Part shown: piece by piece, positions 1 through 12,990 of the stretch
How the letters are laid out: every line of letters begins with the position of its first letter
How positions within the stretch are numbered: the stretch's first letter is position 1
Source of the DNA: Mobula hypostoma
Lineage: Eukaryota
Direction of reading: 5' to 3'
NCBI RefSeq assembly: GCF_963921235.1
Contig: NC_086107.1
Span: 109,742,001 to 109,806,000, forward strand
Length of the DNA stretch: 64,000 nt
Program-made: the position numbers and the translations under genes
Notes under the pieces: model-generated
The model's input: only the letters and a program-made list of their open reading frames with translations
Told to the model about the DNA's origin: nothing
Databases searched by the model: none

Positions 1-723
1 CCTACTTTCTGAAGTTGTACGATTTGGGCTAGTGAGTTGTACCAGAAGCATGGCGACAGTTGTGGGCTGCACAGTGTAACCTTTGCTGATTTGATTTTAC
101 ATTAATGATGCATTTCATTACATTTCGATGTATGTGTGACAAGTAAATATTTTTAAATAAAATCTTGAATTGTTTGGTTGAGAACACAGTTGGAACACCT
201 GCCTTCTCGTCCTCTGATTTCTGAAATCTGTACAAATGGAGCCTATGCTTGGCATCAACTAGTTCTTCCCTATTATCTTGACTAGCTTTTATCTCTCAAC
301 TATTAGTGCTATCCTGTTCCACAGAGCTAGGGTCTTCACCGCCAATTTTTGAACAGAAAAGGAAGCAATATGTCTCACTATTGCAATAAACTTGGGTTTA
401 GAAAGCATCTTTAATGTTCCAAAGCTTATCACAGGTCGGCTAGTGAGTAAGGGTCAGCTTAAAGTCTCTTGATTGTGCCAAGGTTCTCTCTGCCATGCAA
501 TCCCCCATTGTTACTTCCCCCATCTACCCTGAAGTCATTTTGGAAGGTTCAGTGGCCAACCAGGATGCTGCTCTAAGGTATCTGTTAGTGACACTTCTGA
601 GTAATGAGACCTATGAGCACTGGTTTATAATTTTGCCCTTGGTTTTCAAACATGAACGTGTAAAATGGGTACATATCTCATGGGGATATGTGGAAGCAGA
701 TTATGAGCTGCAGTGGCCTTCAT

Positions 724-1330
724 AAGTCAAGGTATTGTATGCAGGAGATGGGACATTATGTTGAAGTTGTGTAAGAAATTGGTGAGGCCTAATTTGGAGT
801 ATTCTGTGCAGCTTTGGTCACCTACCTGCAGGAAAGATGTAAATAAGGTTGAAAAGTATAGAGAAAATTTACAAGGATGTTGCCAGGTCTAGAGCACGTG
901 AGTTATATGGAAAGATTGAATAGGTTAGGACATTATTGCTTGAACGTAGAAGATTGAGAGGAGATTTGATAAAGGTATACAAAATTACGAGGGGTATAGA
1001 TAGGGTAAATGTAAGCAGGCTTTTTCCACTGAGGTTGGGTGGGACTACAATCAGAGATCATGGGTTGAGGGTGAAAAGTGAAAAGTTTAAGGGGAACCTG
1101 AGGGGAAACTTCTTCACTCAGAGGATCGTGAGAGTGTGGAATGAGCTGCCAGTGTAAGTGGTGCATGCAGGCTCAACATTTAAGAGAGGTTCGGGTAGGT
1201 ACATGGATGGTGGGGATATGGAGGGCCATGGTCCCGGTGCAGGTCGATGGGAGTAGGCAATTTAAATGGCTTTGACATAGACTTAATGGGTGGAAGCACC
1301 TGTTTCTGTGCTGTACTTTTTCTATGACTC
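724..1330 (+). mobile_element. CR1-clade LINE 3' fragment
   Basis: ORF2 C-terminal remnant (LERRRLRGDLIKVYKI...FFTQRIVRVWNELP) and tail ctgtgctgta..tctatgactct. Confidence 0.85.
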
Positions 1331-1749
1331 TCGTAAAGTGCATAATTCCCATGGAATTAACCTTGTTAAGCTTCTCTCCTTATTTCAACTGGCTGACAAT
1401 CTGAGTTTGGATAGTCTGGGTATAAAGCCACCAAATCTTCAGAACATTTTTAGTAATGCAAAAAGAAATGATTGTAAATATTACAAGTATATAAGAATTG
1501 TAGTAATGTTTCTCTGATACACTCAGGCTGTATATGGATATAATAGAAGTTTAAAAAAAAATTATACTGAAGTCTTTAATTTCTGTAAAGCGTTTGAGGA
1601 CGTTCCGAAGTGATTTGCAGTGAAGTATTTTGGAAGTGTAGTCGCTGTGGTAAGGTGGAAACTGGTGTGCACATTGCAATGTAACCCTGCCATGGGCGAC
1701 AGTGGAAGCAGATTCAATAGTGGTGTTCAAGAGGCTTTGATACAGGGGC

Positions 1750-2220
1750 ACACACAATGCTGGAGGAACTCAGAGGGCCAGGCAGCATCTACAGAAAGGG
1801 GTAAACAGTCAACATTTCAGGCTGGGACCCTTCTTCGGGACTGGAAAGTAAGAGTAAGAAGATGGGAGGAGGAGAGAGAGAAGAACAAGGTGGCAGGTGA
1901 TAGGTGAAACCAGGGGAGGAGGGCGGGTGAACTAAAGAGCTGGAGGAAGTTCCCTCTGGTGCTCCTCCCCCTTCTCCGACCCTTTATCTCTGTCATCAAT
2001 CAACTCCCCCCCACCCCTCTCACCTATCACCTTGTTCTTCATCTTCCCCTCCCTCCGCCTTCTTACTCTGACTTCTCCCCTACTTCTCCAGTGCTGAAGA
2101 AGAGTCTCAGCCCAAAACTGTTTACTCTTTTCCTTTGATGCTGCCTGGCCTGCTGAGTTCCTCCAGCATTTTGTGTGCGTTGTTTTGGATTTCCAGCATT
2201 TGCAGATTTTCTCGTGTTTA
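1750..2220. mobile_element. two inverted copies of a Penelope-type repeat (hammerhead-motif family)
   Basis: gatgctgcctggcctgctgagttcctccagcattttgtgtg on + (2137-2220) and its complement at 1750-1850, each with a decayed CTGAAGA-AGGG..CCC-GAAA block. Confidence 0.65.
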
Positions 2221-3200
2221 AGATAGGCATTGATTATGCTGGGAATAGAGGGATATAGAAGGGTTTAGGTTAATTTGGCATCATGCTCAGCATGGACATT
2301 GTGGGCCGCAGCACCTAATCCCTTGCTGTACTGTTCTTCAAAAACACAAGAAGGATCATCATATTGAGCAAATAATCTGTTTTAGAAAATGACAATTCAA
2401 TCCCTAAGCCATTTGGTCTTTGAAATAATGCAGTGAACTATTTTCTGTTCGCCTGAGAATAAGGGGTCCTCAGGTTAAAATCTCATCCAGACAATAGCTG
2501 TCTCAACAGTTTAACACACCTTTAGTCCTGCAGTGGAGTGTTGGACTGGATCCTTGCGCTCTGATCTTTGGAGTGAGATTCAAGCCCACAGCCTTGTGAC
2601 TTGGAGGCAACAATGCTGCTAACTGAGTCACGACTGAAGCTAATTATAAGTGGGGTGGGAAATGAACTCAGTAAAAAAAAATTACCTCGGGATGGTGAGA
2701 ACATGGAACTCTCCACAATAGGGTAGGCAAATAAACTGGGTATTTTTAATGGGAGCTAGAAAAGCACATCAGGAGGAAAGCAATAGATGGTTACACTAGA
2801 GGGAGAAGACCTGTAGGCAACACAGATTGGTGGACAAGCTTTATTGAACGACCCTTTTCTGTAACACGAAGAAAACACTGAAAATGTTCAGTCAGGGCAT
2901 CTATGGAGTTCACGTTTCAGGTTCGTGATCTTTCATCAAAGATCATCTTATTTTTACTCCAAATTTCCATCACCTGCAATATTTTTGCCCTTGTGTAGTC
3001 CCTGAACCTCCACCTCGAGCAATATCCACTATTCTCTGGTACTTTTCACAAATAAAAGGGTAAATTTAACTTCTACCTCTATGTTATATTAACTTGTCTA
3101 ACGCACCTTCTACATTAGACCTCCTGGATCAGTTTTGCTTACCCTTGTTCGTTTGCTGGTTTTTGTATTGAAATGTTTTAAATGAACTACTAACATAGGG

Positions 3201-3459
3201 CAGTGGTCCCCAACCTCTGGGCCACGGACCGATACCGTTCTGCGAAGCTTGCAGGGGTGCAGTGGTAGCCGGGACGCACCCAGCACATCTTTAAGAAAAA
3301 AGCCGAAATAAACAACCTAATTAATCAGGTGCCGCCCGGCACACTTGTTTATTTCGGCTTTTTTCTTGAAGATGTGCTGGGTGCATCCCGGCTACCGCTG
3401 CACCCCTGCATGCTTCGCAGAACGGTATCGGTCCGCAGCCCGGAGGTTGGGGACCACTG
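3201..3459. mobile_element. palindromic hAT (Charlie-like) MITE
   Basis: CAGTGGTCCCCAACC ... GGTTGGGGACCACTG termini, ~115-bp inverted arms, perfect 8-bp TSD ACATAGGG (3193-3200 and 3460-3467). Confidence 0.92.
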
Positions 3460-3545
3460 ACATAGGGGACCTGATGTTTCATCATGAAGGTTCTGGAATC
3501 GCAGTGAATTATTCTAAAACTGTGCATTGTTTCCATGTTCTACAG

Positions 3546-3667
3546 GTGCTGAGCAGGTACGCCTGATCCCACAGCCGCTGAGGCAGAGCACGCACAATAA
3601 TCGGTCTGAGTGCGGCACACCTCCGCAAGCTAACTGCAGAGATTCGCCATGTGGACAGCAGGTTAAG
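3546..3667 (+). CDS. SCAF1: SCAF1 putative internal coding exon (first in window)
   Basis: ttctacag| acceptor, |gtaagg donor; 122 bp open frame (xAEQVRLIPQPLRQ...GQQVK), phase 1 in / phase 0 out, compatible with the next exon. No recognisable protein homology, so assigned by splice signals and phase only. Confidence 0.6.
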
Positions 3668-3679
3668 GTAAGGTGGAGG

Positions 3680-3960
3680 GCAGAGCGGTAGTGTAATGGT
3701 CAGCACAACGCTTTACAGTACCAGCGACCCGGGTTCAATTCCCACCACTGCCTGTAAGGAGTTTGTACATTCTCCCCGTGACCACATAGGTTTCCTCCAG
3801 GTGCTTCAGTTTCCTCCCCAGTCCAAAGATGTACCAGTGGTAGGTTAATTAGTCATTGTAAATTGTACCTTGATTAGGCTGGGGTTGAATCGGGGGTTGC
3901 TGGGTGGCGCGGCTAGAAGGGCCTATTCCACACAATATTTCAATCAAAATATTATTAAAA
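3680..3960 (+). mobile_element. tRNA-derived V-SINE (HE1-like); related copies near 16965-17255(-), 17495-17750(+), 27035-27295(+), 27650-27890(-), 32990-33270(-), 55990-56275(-), 56705-56930(-)
   Basis: A-box-like gtagtgtaatgg, B-box gggttcaattccc, V-domain ggagtttgtacattctccccgtgacc...tttcctcc..gtccaaaga, AT-rich tail. Confidence 0.75.
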
Positions 3961-4507
3961 ATAAAACATAGGAGCACATTCAGCCCATTGAGTCTGCTCT
4001 GCCATTCCATCATGGCTAATTTATTATCCTTTTCAACCCCATTCTCCTGCATTCTCCCCACAACCTTGACTCCCCTTACTAATCAAGAACCTATCAACTT
4101 CGGCTTTAAATATACCAAATGACTTGGATACAGTTAGCCGTGTCCTGAAGAAGCGTTTCAGCCCGAAACGTCAACTGCTTATTCACTTCCATAGATGCCG
4201 CCTGACCTGCTAAGTTCCTATAGCAATTTATGTGTGTTGCTATGTCCTGATGTGTAGTAGGCATGGGACGGAAGGTTTGACTTCTCCCCAGGTGTTAACT
4301 GGTTAATTTGCTGAGCTGAGAATTTTACTTTTGGTTACTACTTTGTGCATAACTAGCCATTCTTAGTCCAGAAGATTAAAATGGGCTCAACTCCTTTAGT
4401 ACTGTGTTGACAAGCAGCCAGAAGAATTAATATGTCAGGTTGTTGAAAGATCCTTTCCAGCATTTCTAATTTTACTTATAATTTCTGCCCACAATATTTG
4501 GCTTTGA

Positions 4508-5010
4508 ATCAGAATCAGAATCTGTTTTCATGTCATAAAATTAGTTGCCTTCCAGCAGCAGAACAGTGCAATATATAAAATAAGCTACAATACGAAATAT
4601 TTTTAAAAAACAGTGCAAAAGTGTTGAGGTATTGTTCATGGGTTCATGGACTGTTCAGAAATCTGATGGCGGAGGGGAAGAAACCGTTCCTGAGTGTGCC
4701 TCCAGACTCTGGTACACTTCCCTGATGGTAGTCATGAGAAGAGGGAATGTCTGGGTGGTGGGTATCCTGAATGAATGCCGCCTTTTTGAGGCATCAGCTT
4801 TTGCAGGTGTCCTCGATGGTGGGGGAGGCTAGTGCCCATGATGGAGCGAGCTGAGTTTATAAATCTCTGCAGCTTTTACTGATCCTGTACAGTGACCCCT
4901 CCATACCTGACGGTGATGTGACAGCCATAATGCTCTCCATGGTACATCTGTCGAATTTTCTGCAGACTTCGGTGACTTGCCAAATCTCAAACTCGTAATG
5001 AAATATAGCT
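4508..5010 (-). mobile_element. Rex1/Babar-like LINE 3' fragment
   Basis: Starts with the (aatcag)n complement of the tail; homologous to the other Rex1-like copies in the window. Confidence 0.7.
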
Positions 5011-5175
5011 GCTGATTATCTGAATTTGATATTCTGATTATTCCTCCTCACTACTATCCTTCAGATACTGTCTCAGATCTCTTTACTCACTGATACTGTA
5101 ATCATGCTGTCTCAATGCAGACATAATGTTACTAAAGTAGATTGTCTTGACATTATCACATTGCTGTTTGTGGAA

Positions 5176-5670
5176 CATAGAACATAACACATAACACATT
5201 ACAGCACAGTACAGGGCTTTCGGCCCTTTTAACCATCTTTAACCTCCTACAAGGCCCTCCATTTTTTTAAAAATCATCCATGTGCCTATCTTGAATTCTT
5301 AAATACCGCTAATGTATCTGGCTCTACCTCCCCTGGCAGCGCATTCCGTGTACCCACTACTCTCTGCGTAAATAAACCTACCTCTGTACTTTTCTATCCC
5401 CTATACTTTTCTCCAATCACCTTAAAATTATACCCCCTCGTATTAGCCATTTCCACCCTAGTTAAAAAATCTGACTATCCACTCTCTCTGTGCCTGTTAT
5501 CATCTTGTACACCTCTTTCAAGTCGCCTCTCATCCTCCTTCACTCCAGAGAAAATCCCCAGTTTATCCTCGTAAGTCATGCTGTCTAGTTCAGGTGGTAT
5601 CCTGGTCAATCTCTGCACCCTCTCTAAAGCCTCCTATAAAGAGGCAACTAAATCAGAACACAATATTTTG
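5176..5670 (-). mobile_element. CR1 3' fragment
   Basis: acatagaacata tail complement followed by reverse-strand CR1 ORF2 C-terminal remnant. Confidence 0.75.
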
Positions 5671-6414
5671 ATGCCTCAAAAAGGTGGCATCCATCATTAA
5701 GGACCCCCGTCACCCAGGTCATGTCTTGTTCTCATTGGGGGTGAAGTAAAGAACTTGAAAGTTGATTGGTGGAAGAGATAAAGGGCTGGAGAAGGGGGAA
5801 TCTGACAGGAAAGGGCAGAAGACCATGGAAGAAAGGGAAGGAGGGAAAGTAGCTCTTTACTTCACCTCCTTCCCCTCTCCTGGTTTCACCTATCACCTAC
5901 CACCTTGTACTTCTTCCTCCCCCCACCCCCACCCCCACCTTCTTACCTATATTTTCTCTTCCTTTCCAGTCTCGACCCAAAATGTCAACTGTTTACTGTT
6001 TCCTATAGATGCTGCCTGGCTTGCTGAGTTCCTCCAGCATTTAGTGTGTGTGTTGCTTTGGATTTTCATCATCTGCAGACGTCCTCGTGTTTGAATTAAT
6101 TTGAAAGACAGCACTTCCTTGACTACATTGCACTGTCAGTAGTGGACAGGGAGCATTAGGTTAGATTTTGTTCTCCATCCTCTGGAGTAGGACATCTGGG
6201 TCTAAAGACCTCTCATTTAAGCAGTGATTGGCACTGAAGGCTATTAACATGTTCTTGTTCACGGTAACATCAGGCACTGTGAAGTAAAGTGGGTTGGGGG
6301 GAGGAGTGCTACCACGCAAAATAGCATGGAGGTCACCTCTGCATTCTGGATGAATGCAAATGACCTGACAGCATCATTTCATCTTCTGCTAATTGAAACT
6401 TATTTACATTTCAG

Positions 6415-6490
6415 AACTCCCTGCAGTGCTTAAGAGGCATGAACGTGGCCATTCGTGAACCAAATGACTGTGGGAAGATGTGCCAGCGAG
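6415..6490 (+). CDS. SCAF1: SCAF1 putative coding exon
   Basis: acatttcag| ... |gtatcc; 76 bp, NSLQCLRGMNVAIREPNDCGKMCQR, phase 0 to 1, joins in frame to 8123. Confidence 0.65.
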
Positions 6491-8122
6491 GTATCCGTCA
6501 ATGTCCTTTTAGTTTAAATAAGTAGAAATGTTGGAAAGTCTACTTTGTAGATGGAATCTGGGCTCTTTTTGTTTACTCGTATTTCGCACCAGCCCTGAGT
6601 AAGCCCAGTTAAGTTGGATAGATTCAGAGTAATTTTAGAAAGTCAGTATCTTCAAGAGTGGGGGAGAAAATTGTTGGGAGGATGGGGAAATTAGCCTTAA
6701 AATCTTAATAGTGATTGCAAAATAAAAGGGTTTGACCCAAAACATTGTCTTTTTTATTCCCCTCCATGTGCACTGCCTGACTTGCTGAGTTCCTCCAGCA
6801 TTTTGTGTGTGTTGTTCAGGATTTCCAGCACCTGCAGGATTTCCTGTGTTTGAGAGTGGCAGAGTAGTTACTATTCTCCATTTTAATGCCTTCATGTGCA
6901 AATTTGACCCCTTCAGTGATAGAACATGCTCTGGAGTACAAACCTTTGTGTTGCATTGTAAATGTAGCTGTATCATATCCACAAGTCCCTTCAATGCATA
7001 TGTGCACATCATGGACCAAAAGGAAGCCACTACACAGGTCGGCAGTAACCGTTTGGATTTCAGTCAAGAATGGTGATATTCACTTCTCAGCATCGAGTGT
7101 CTAAACTGACATTTGATGCCTTCCGTGTTCTCCATGCAGGGACATAGGCAAATAATTGCACGGTATTTGCAATACTCAGACCTAACCCTGATCATTCTCC
7201 CCCCACCCTCAAAATGTCCTCCATGTCTTTCTCTTCCCAATATTTTATCAAACATCTCCTTAAAACCATCAATGTTTGCCTCAGTTACTAACGTGATTAC
7301 AGGACCACTCGGACTAGAGAATATTTTCCTAATTCCCTCATCAGCAATGCTTATGAAGGTCCTCCATCTCAGGTGGTGTTCAGGGCTTCCTTCACCATGT
7401 CAGTGCTTTCTGTTTTCACTACTCTCAGTCATGCAAGTCCCAGATGGAGAATCAGGAATAATGTACTCATTGTTGTTTCCATAACAATTTTGTTTTACCA
7501 GGTTGTTAGCCCTGAGCTGAACCCCTGAACTTGGAGGACTGGTGGACGACTCTTACTCTGTCCTCTGCCCTTTGACCTGTTTTGCATGGGCGACCCCACC
7601 AACATCCATTAATGACAATCTGCATTTGTGGCTCTAGATTTAGACGCCCAGGAGAAATCTGATGACATTGGAGTGGGAAAGCTTACTAAATCTCCAATGG
7701 GGTCTATTAAAGGGACGAATATTGGCAGTTAAATAGAATCTCTTGCTGTGGTAATGTTTTCATTGTGGAAAGAAATTTGAGAAGCAGTCCTCTGGTGAAG
7801 TGAAGGTTAGGACAGAAATCACGAATACTTCTGATAAATTGTGAATAATTTTGAAGTAAGTATGATAAGCTTGTTAGACAGAAAAAACGGGTGTAAGATT
7901 GCCAAAAAAAAGCAGATGAATTTTATTTCCCATTACGAGTCTGAAAAGGACAGTAGAAGCCACTACAATAGCAATCTCTAAAAGACAATGGGATAGATGG
8001 TCAAAAAAAAGTTTACAGTTCTGTATGGAGAACAAAACAGAAGATAAGAGAAATTGGCGTCTCTCTCTTGGAGCTGTCCTCTGAGAAACTATGATTTCTT
8101 TTTGTGGCCCTTCTTCCTATAG

Positions 8123-8241
8123 ATTCCAGGAAAAAGAAGCAGATTAGACGACGAAAGGTGTGCATGCCTGTGGAATCCAACGTCGCCACCAGAAACTCGC
8201 CAGAGGCTGCAGTGCCCAGTCTCCATGGGAACGGGAACCCG
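8123..8241 (+). CDS. SCAF1: SCAF1 putative coding exon
   Basis: ccttcttcctatag| ... |gtaagg; 119 bp, DSRKKKQIRRRKVCMPVES...GNGNP, phase 1 to 0. Confidence 0.72.
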
Positions 8242-8544
8242 GTAAGGCTCCTGAGTGGACCCTTTGAAGATTAATTAGGGTTGATTGAATCCACCCTGTG
8301 AAGCATCTAAGAACATGAGGACTGCCCAGTAAGTTATCCAATTACCGTTCTCCCAATTGGAAAATACAACAGTAGTGAACCTGTTCGCTAATCATAGTAC
8401 TGAGAATTCACCAGTGAATCTACAGCAGGCACGGATCTGTGTGCTGGCCACTTTAGCCACCTGCTCCCGTGAAGCCATTCAGTGTTGCAAGTTGCTGATG
8501 CAGGTCCTCACCAGGTTACCAATGAGTCCTGTTCCTGTAAGCTG

Positions 8545-9510
8545 GTCAGTGCGGATCGACAATAGTATCTCCTCCTCACTGACATTCGGTGCAGGCATAC
8601 CTCAAGAACTTGTGCTTAGCCCACCGCTCAACTCCCTCTATACTTTTGACTGTGCTTCGGTACAGCTCATCTATAATTTTGCCAACTGTTCTGGCAGAAT
8701 CTCAGATGATGACGAAGAGGACTTACAGGAGTGAGATAGGATCAGCTGGTTGAGTGGTGTCGCAACAAAAATCTCACGCTCAACATTAGCAAGACCAAGG
8801 AATTGATTGTGCCCTTCAGGAAGGGGAAGTCAGGAGTACACACACTGAGGGGTCAGCATTGGAAAGGGTGAGCAGCTTCAAGTTCCTCGGTGTCGACATC
8901 TCAGAGGATCTATCCTAGGCTCAACATATTGATGCAGTCTCGAAGAAGACACGCCAGTGGCTATACTTCATTAGGAGTTTGAGGAGCTTTGTTATGTCAC
9001 CAAAGACTAGAACAGTACCACAGATGTACCCTGAAGAGCATTCTGAGTGGGATCGTCACCACAGATCTACTCTGAATGGGTACATCTGAGTGGGCTTATC
9101 CCCGTTTGGTGTGGAGGCTCTAATGGATCGCAAGAAGCTACAGAAGGTTATAGACTCAGCCAGCTTTATCACAAGCCTCCCCGCCATTGCAGACATTTTC
9201 AAAAAGTGGTGCCTCGAGAAGGCAACATCCATCATTGAGAGCCCTCACCATCCGAGACATGCCCTTGTTAGTCCCATCAGGGAGGAGGTACAGAAACCTA
9301 AAGAGAATGCACACTCAGCTGTTTTAAAAGCAGCTTCTTCCCTTCCGCCATCAGATTTCTGAACGGTCCATGAGCCTCATTATTCCTCTTTTGCACTATT
9401 TATTTATATCTTATTGCAACTTATAGTATCTTCGCCTTGCCCTGTACTGCTGCCACAAACCAACAATTTCACGACGTACGTCAGTGATAATAAACCTGAT
9501 TCTGATTTGG
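8545..9510 (+). mobile_element. Rex1/Babar-like LINE fragment (decayed RT)
   Basis: GIPQELVLSPPLNSLYTFDC-like RT remnant; 3' end aataaacctgattctgatt. Confidence 0.8.
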
Positions 9511-9973
9511 TTTGTAACTCAGATCAACCGAGTTCCCACAAGGCAGACGATGCCTGCAGCTCTGTAACAGCTGGTAGGTTCATCTCGCCCCAGAATGCTT
9601 GTTTCCATGTAAGGGCTGTACCTGAATTGGGTGTTTCCAACCTGGGGTGGACCTGCATTCCATTATTCCCCCCAAAAAATGTTCAAAGTAAATTTATTCT
9701 CAAAAGTACATATCTGCCACCATTTTCTTGCGGATATTCACAGTAGAACAAGGAAATACAATAGAATCAATGAAAAACTACACACAACCATGACTGATAA
9801 ATAACCAATGTACAAAAGATGACAAACTGTGCATATACAAGCAAAGAAAATTATAATAAATAATACAAAATTTGTTAAGAATAATAATAACAAAAAACAC
9901 TCCCCTTGACTTTGAGTGAATCAACAGTGCTTTCACTGATTACCTTCCTTCTCTGTATTTCCTCCCTTCAAAG

Positions 9974-10110
9974 GAGAAAGAAGTGGTATCAGTTCTACTG
10001 TCCCATCTCAGCAGTGCGCTACAGCACATCGGATCCACATATGGAGCCACCCTGCGGACACGGCTGAACCCGGAGCCTGAATCTGTTGCCGATCTGGGCC
10101 CCTCTTATTT
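9974..10110 (+). CDS. SCAF1: SCAF1 putative coding exon
   Basis: tttcctcccttcaaag| ... |gtaaga; 137 bp, EKEVVSVLLSHLSSALQHIGS...DLGPSY, phase 0 to 2, matches the phase of the 14840 exon. Confidence 0.72.
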
Positions 10111-11209
10111 GTAAGAACAATTTCTTTCTGAATCTGATTGAATCAAATCTCTCTTGTCATTTGCACATCCCCTGCAATGTATTTCAGTTCTGACTGAATA
10201 ATCAAGTAAGAACTTGCATTTGCGTATTTCCTTTCACAATCCCATAATGAAAAGAGTATCTAATTGTACCAAGTTCTGCTCAGCCAGTGAAGTGTTTCAA
10301 CAGCAGATTCACCATTCTACTGTAGGACACACCACAGCTGATGGACAAGTAGGCTTTTACAACCAGCAGTTTGGGATTTATTTTCTTGGGTGATTTTGGT
10401 TAAGAGAAAAATAACAGTTTAGTTTGGGTAGCCTCCAACCTAATGGCATGAATATCGATTTCTCCTTCTGGTAAAAAAAAATCACTTTCCCTTTACCTCC
10501 CCTCTTCTTCTATTTCCTCAAACTGACCTTTTACTTCTTTTCATCTGCCTATTACTTCCCCCAGGTCCTCTCCTCCTTCCCTTTCTCCTATAGTCCACTC
10601 TCCTCTCCTGTCAGATTTCTTCTTTTCCAGCCCTTTACCGTTCCTACCCACCTGGCTTCACCTGTTACCTTCCAGCTAGCTTTCTTCCCCGCTCCCCACC
10701 TTTTTTTATTCTGGCGTCTTCTCCAGAATGGGATGCCTGTTAGATTGATCACTGACCACCTTCTTATTTGGGGGCTTGTGGGTTAGAATCATACGTTGTA
10801 GAAACAAGCAATTTGGCCCCTGTCTCCGTATTGAGCATTCATACCCACCTCTACTGATCCCATTTGCTGGCACCAAGTCTGAAGTTTTCAGAGCTTTGGC
10901 TATTCTAGTGCTTTTTCAGATAATTAAGTGTCAGAGTATATCTCCATCAACCATGTTCGTGCCCAAAATCAATCATTGTCTATGTATTTATATGACATAG
11001 ATCATCTAGTCTCATTCTAGTTCCAGATAGACTTGACTTGCTTCATAGGGTCAGATTTGAAGGCCAAATACAGGGTTAATGGCAGGATTCTTGGCAGTGT
11101 AGAGGACCAGGGGGATCTTGGGACCCACATCAACTGCTCACTCAAAAAAGTTGCTATGTAAGTTGATATGGGTTGTTCAGAAGTCATATTGGTGTGTTGG
11201 CTTTCATAA

Positions 11210-12390
11210 GACATAGGAGCAGAATAAGGCCATTCAGCCACCAAGACTGTTCTACTGTTCCAGCATGGCTGATTTATTTTCCCTTTCAACCCCATTCTTT
11301 TGCCTTTTCCATGTAACCTTTGATACCTTTACTAATCAAGAGTTTCTGCTTTAAATATATCCAGTGATTTGGTCTTCACAGCCATCTGTGGCAATGAATT
11401 CCACAGATTGACCACCCTCTGGCTAAATAAATTCCTCTTCATCTCTGAAACATTTTTCTATTCTGAGGCTGTGCCCTCTGGTCTTAGAAGCACTATAGGA
11501 AACATACTCTTCTCATCCACTCATTTAGGCTGTTCAGTATCCGATAGGTTTCAGTCAGATCTCCCCTCGTTCTTCTGAACTCCATTCGAATACAAGCCCA
11601 GAGCCATCAAATACTCCTCATATGTTAACTCTTTCATTCTTGAGATAATTCTTGTGAACCTCCTCTGGATCCTCTCCAATGCCAGCATATCCTTTCTTAA
11701 ATTGCATTTGCCTTCCTTGCTACTGACTCATCTTGCAAATTAACCTTCAGGGAATCCTGCACAAGGACTCCCAAGTCCATTTGTACCTCTGATTTATGAA
11801 TTTTTTTCCCCTGTTTAGCAAATATTCTACACCTTTATTCCTTCTACCAAAGTGCATGATCATACACTTCCCTACACTATATTCCATCTGCAAAATCTTT
11901 GCCCATTTTCTTAATCTAAGTCCTTCTGCCTTCTCCCTCTTCCTCAACACTACCTGCCCCTCCATGATGTATAACATGAAAAGAGGTGGTCCCAACACCA
12001 GTCACTGGCAGCCAACCAGGAAAAGGCCTCCTTTATCCCCACTCTTTACCTCTTGCCAGTCAGCTAATCTTCTATCCATGCTAATATCTTTCTTGTAATA
12101 CCATGGGCTCTTGTTTAGCAGCCTTATGTGTAGTATCTTGTCAAAGGTTTTCTGAAATCCAAGTAAACAATATCCACTGGCTCTCCTTTGTCTATCTTGC
12201 CTGTTACTTTCTCAAAGAATTCCAACAGATTTGTCAGGCAAGACTTCCCCTTTAGGAAACTATTCTGACTTTGGCGTACTTTATCATGTGCCTCCAAGTA
12301 CCCCGAAACATCTTCCTTAATAATGGGCTCCAACATCTTCCCAACCACTGAAGTCAAGCTAACTTGCCTACAATTTCCTTTATTTTGCCT
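11210..12390 (-). mobile_element. decayed CR1 fragment
   Basis: TSVVGKMLEPIIK...KGKSCLTNLLEFFE...DIVYLDF remnants on the minus strand. Confidence 0.85.
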
Positions 12391-12394
12391 TATT

Positions 12395-12965
12395 TGTCAG
12401 GGGATTGAGTTCAAGAGCAGCGAGGTAATGTTACAGCTCAATAAAACCCTGGTTATTCCGCACTTCGAGTAACAGTTCTGATCACCGCATTACAGGGGGG
12501 ATGTAGATGTATTAGAGACAGTTCAGAGGAGATTTACAAGGAATCCTCTTGTACTAGAGGCTTATGGAGTTAGGTTGATAGAGCTAGAGCTTTTTTCTTT
12601 GGCGCAAAGGAGGATGAGAAGTGGTTTGCTAGTGGTGTACAAGATGCTAAGAGGCATAGGTCAAGTGGATAGCCAGAGACTTTTTCCCAGGGCGAAATGG
12701 CTATTACAAGGGGACAGAATTTTAAGGTAACTGGAGGAAAGTATATGCGGGATATTAGAGGTAAGTTTTGTTGCACAGAGTAGCAGGTACCTGGGATGCC
12801 CTGCCAGGGGAGGTAGAGACAGATACATTAGGGCCATTTAAGAGACGTGCACATGGATGATAGAAAAGTGGAGGGCTTTGTAAGAGGGAAGGGTTAGATT
12901 AATTTTAGAATAAGTTAAAATGTTAGCAGAACATCATAGGCCAAGGGGTCTGTACTATTGTACAT
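12395..12965 (+). mobile_element. CR1 3' fragment
   Basis: gggattgagttcaagagc...; homologous to the 52327-52955 copy. Confidence 0.75.
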
Positions 12966-12990
12966 TTTATAACTCCAACAGGAAAAAAAT

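Noticed and set aside
3680..3750. tRNA gene
   Set aside because: The A/B boxes run straight into a SINE body repeated many times in the window, with no clean cloverleaf.
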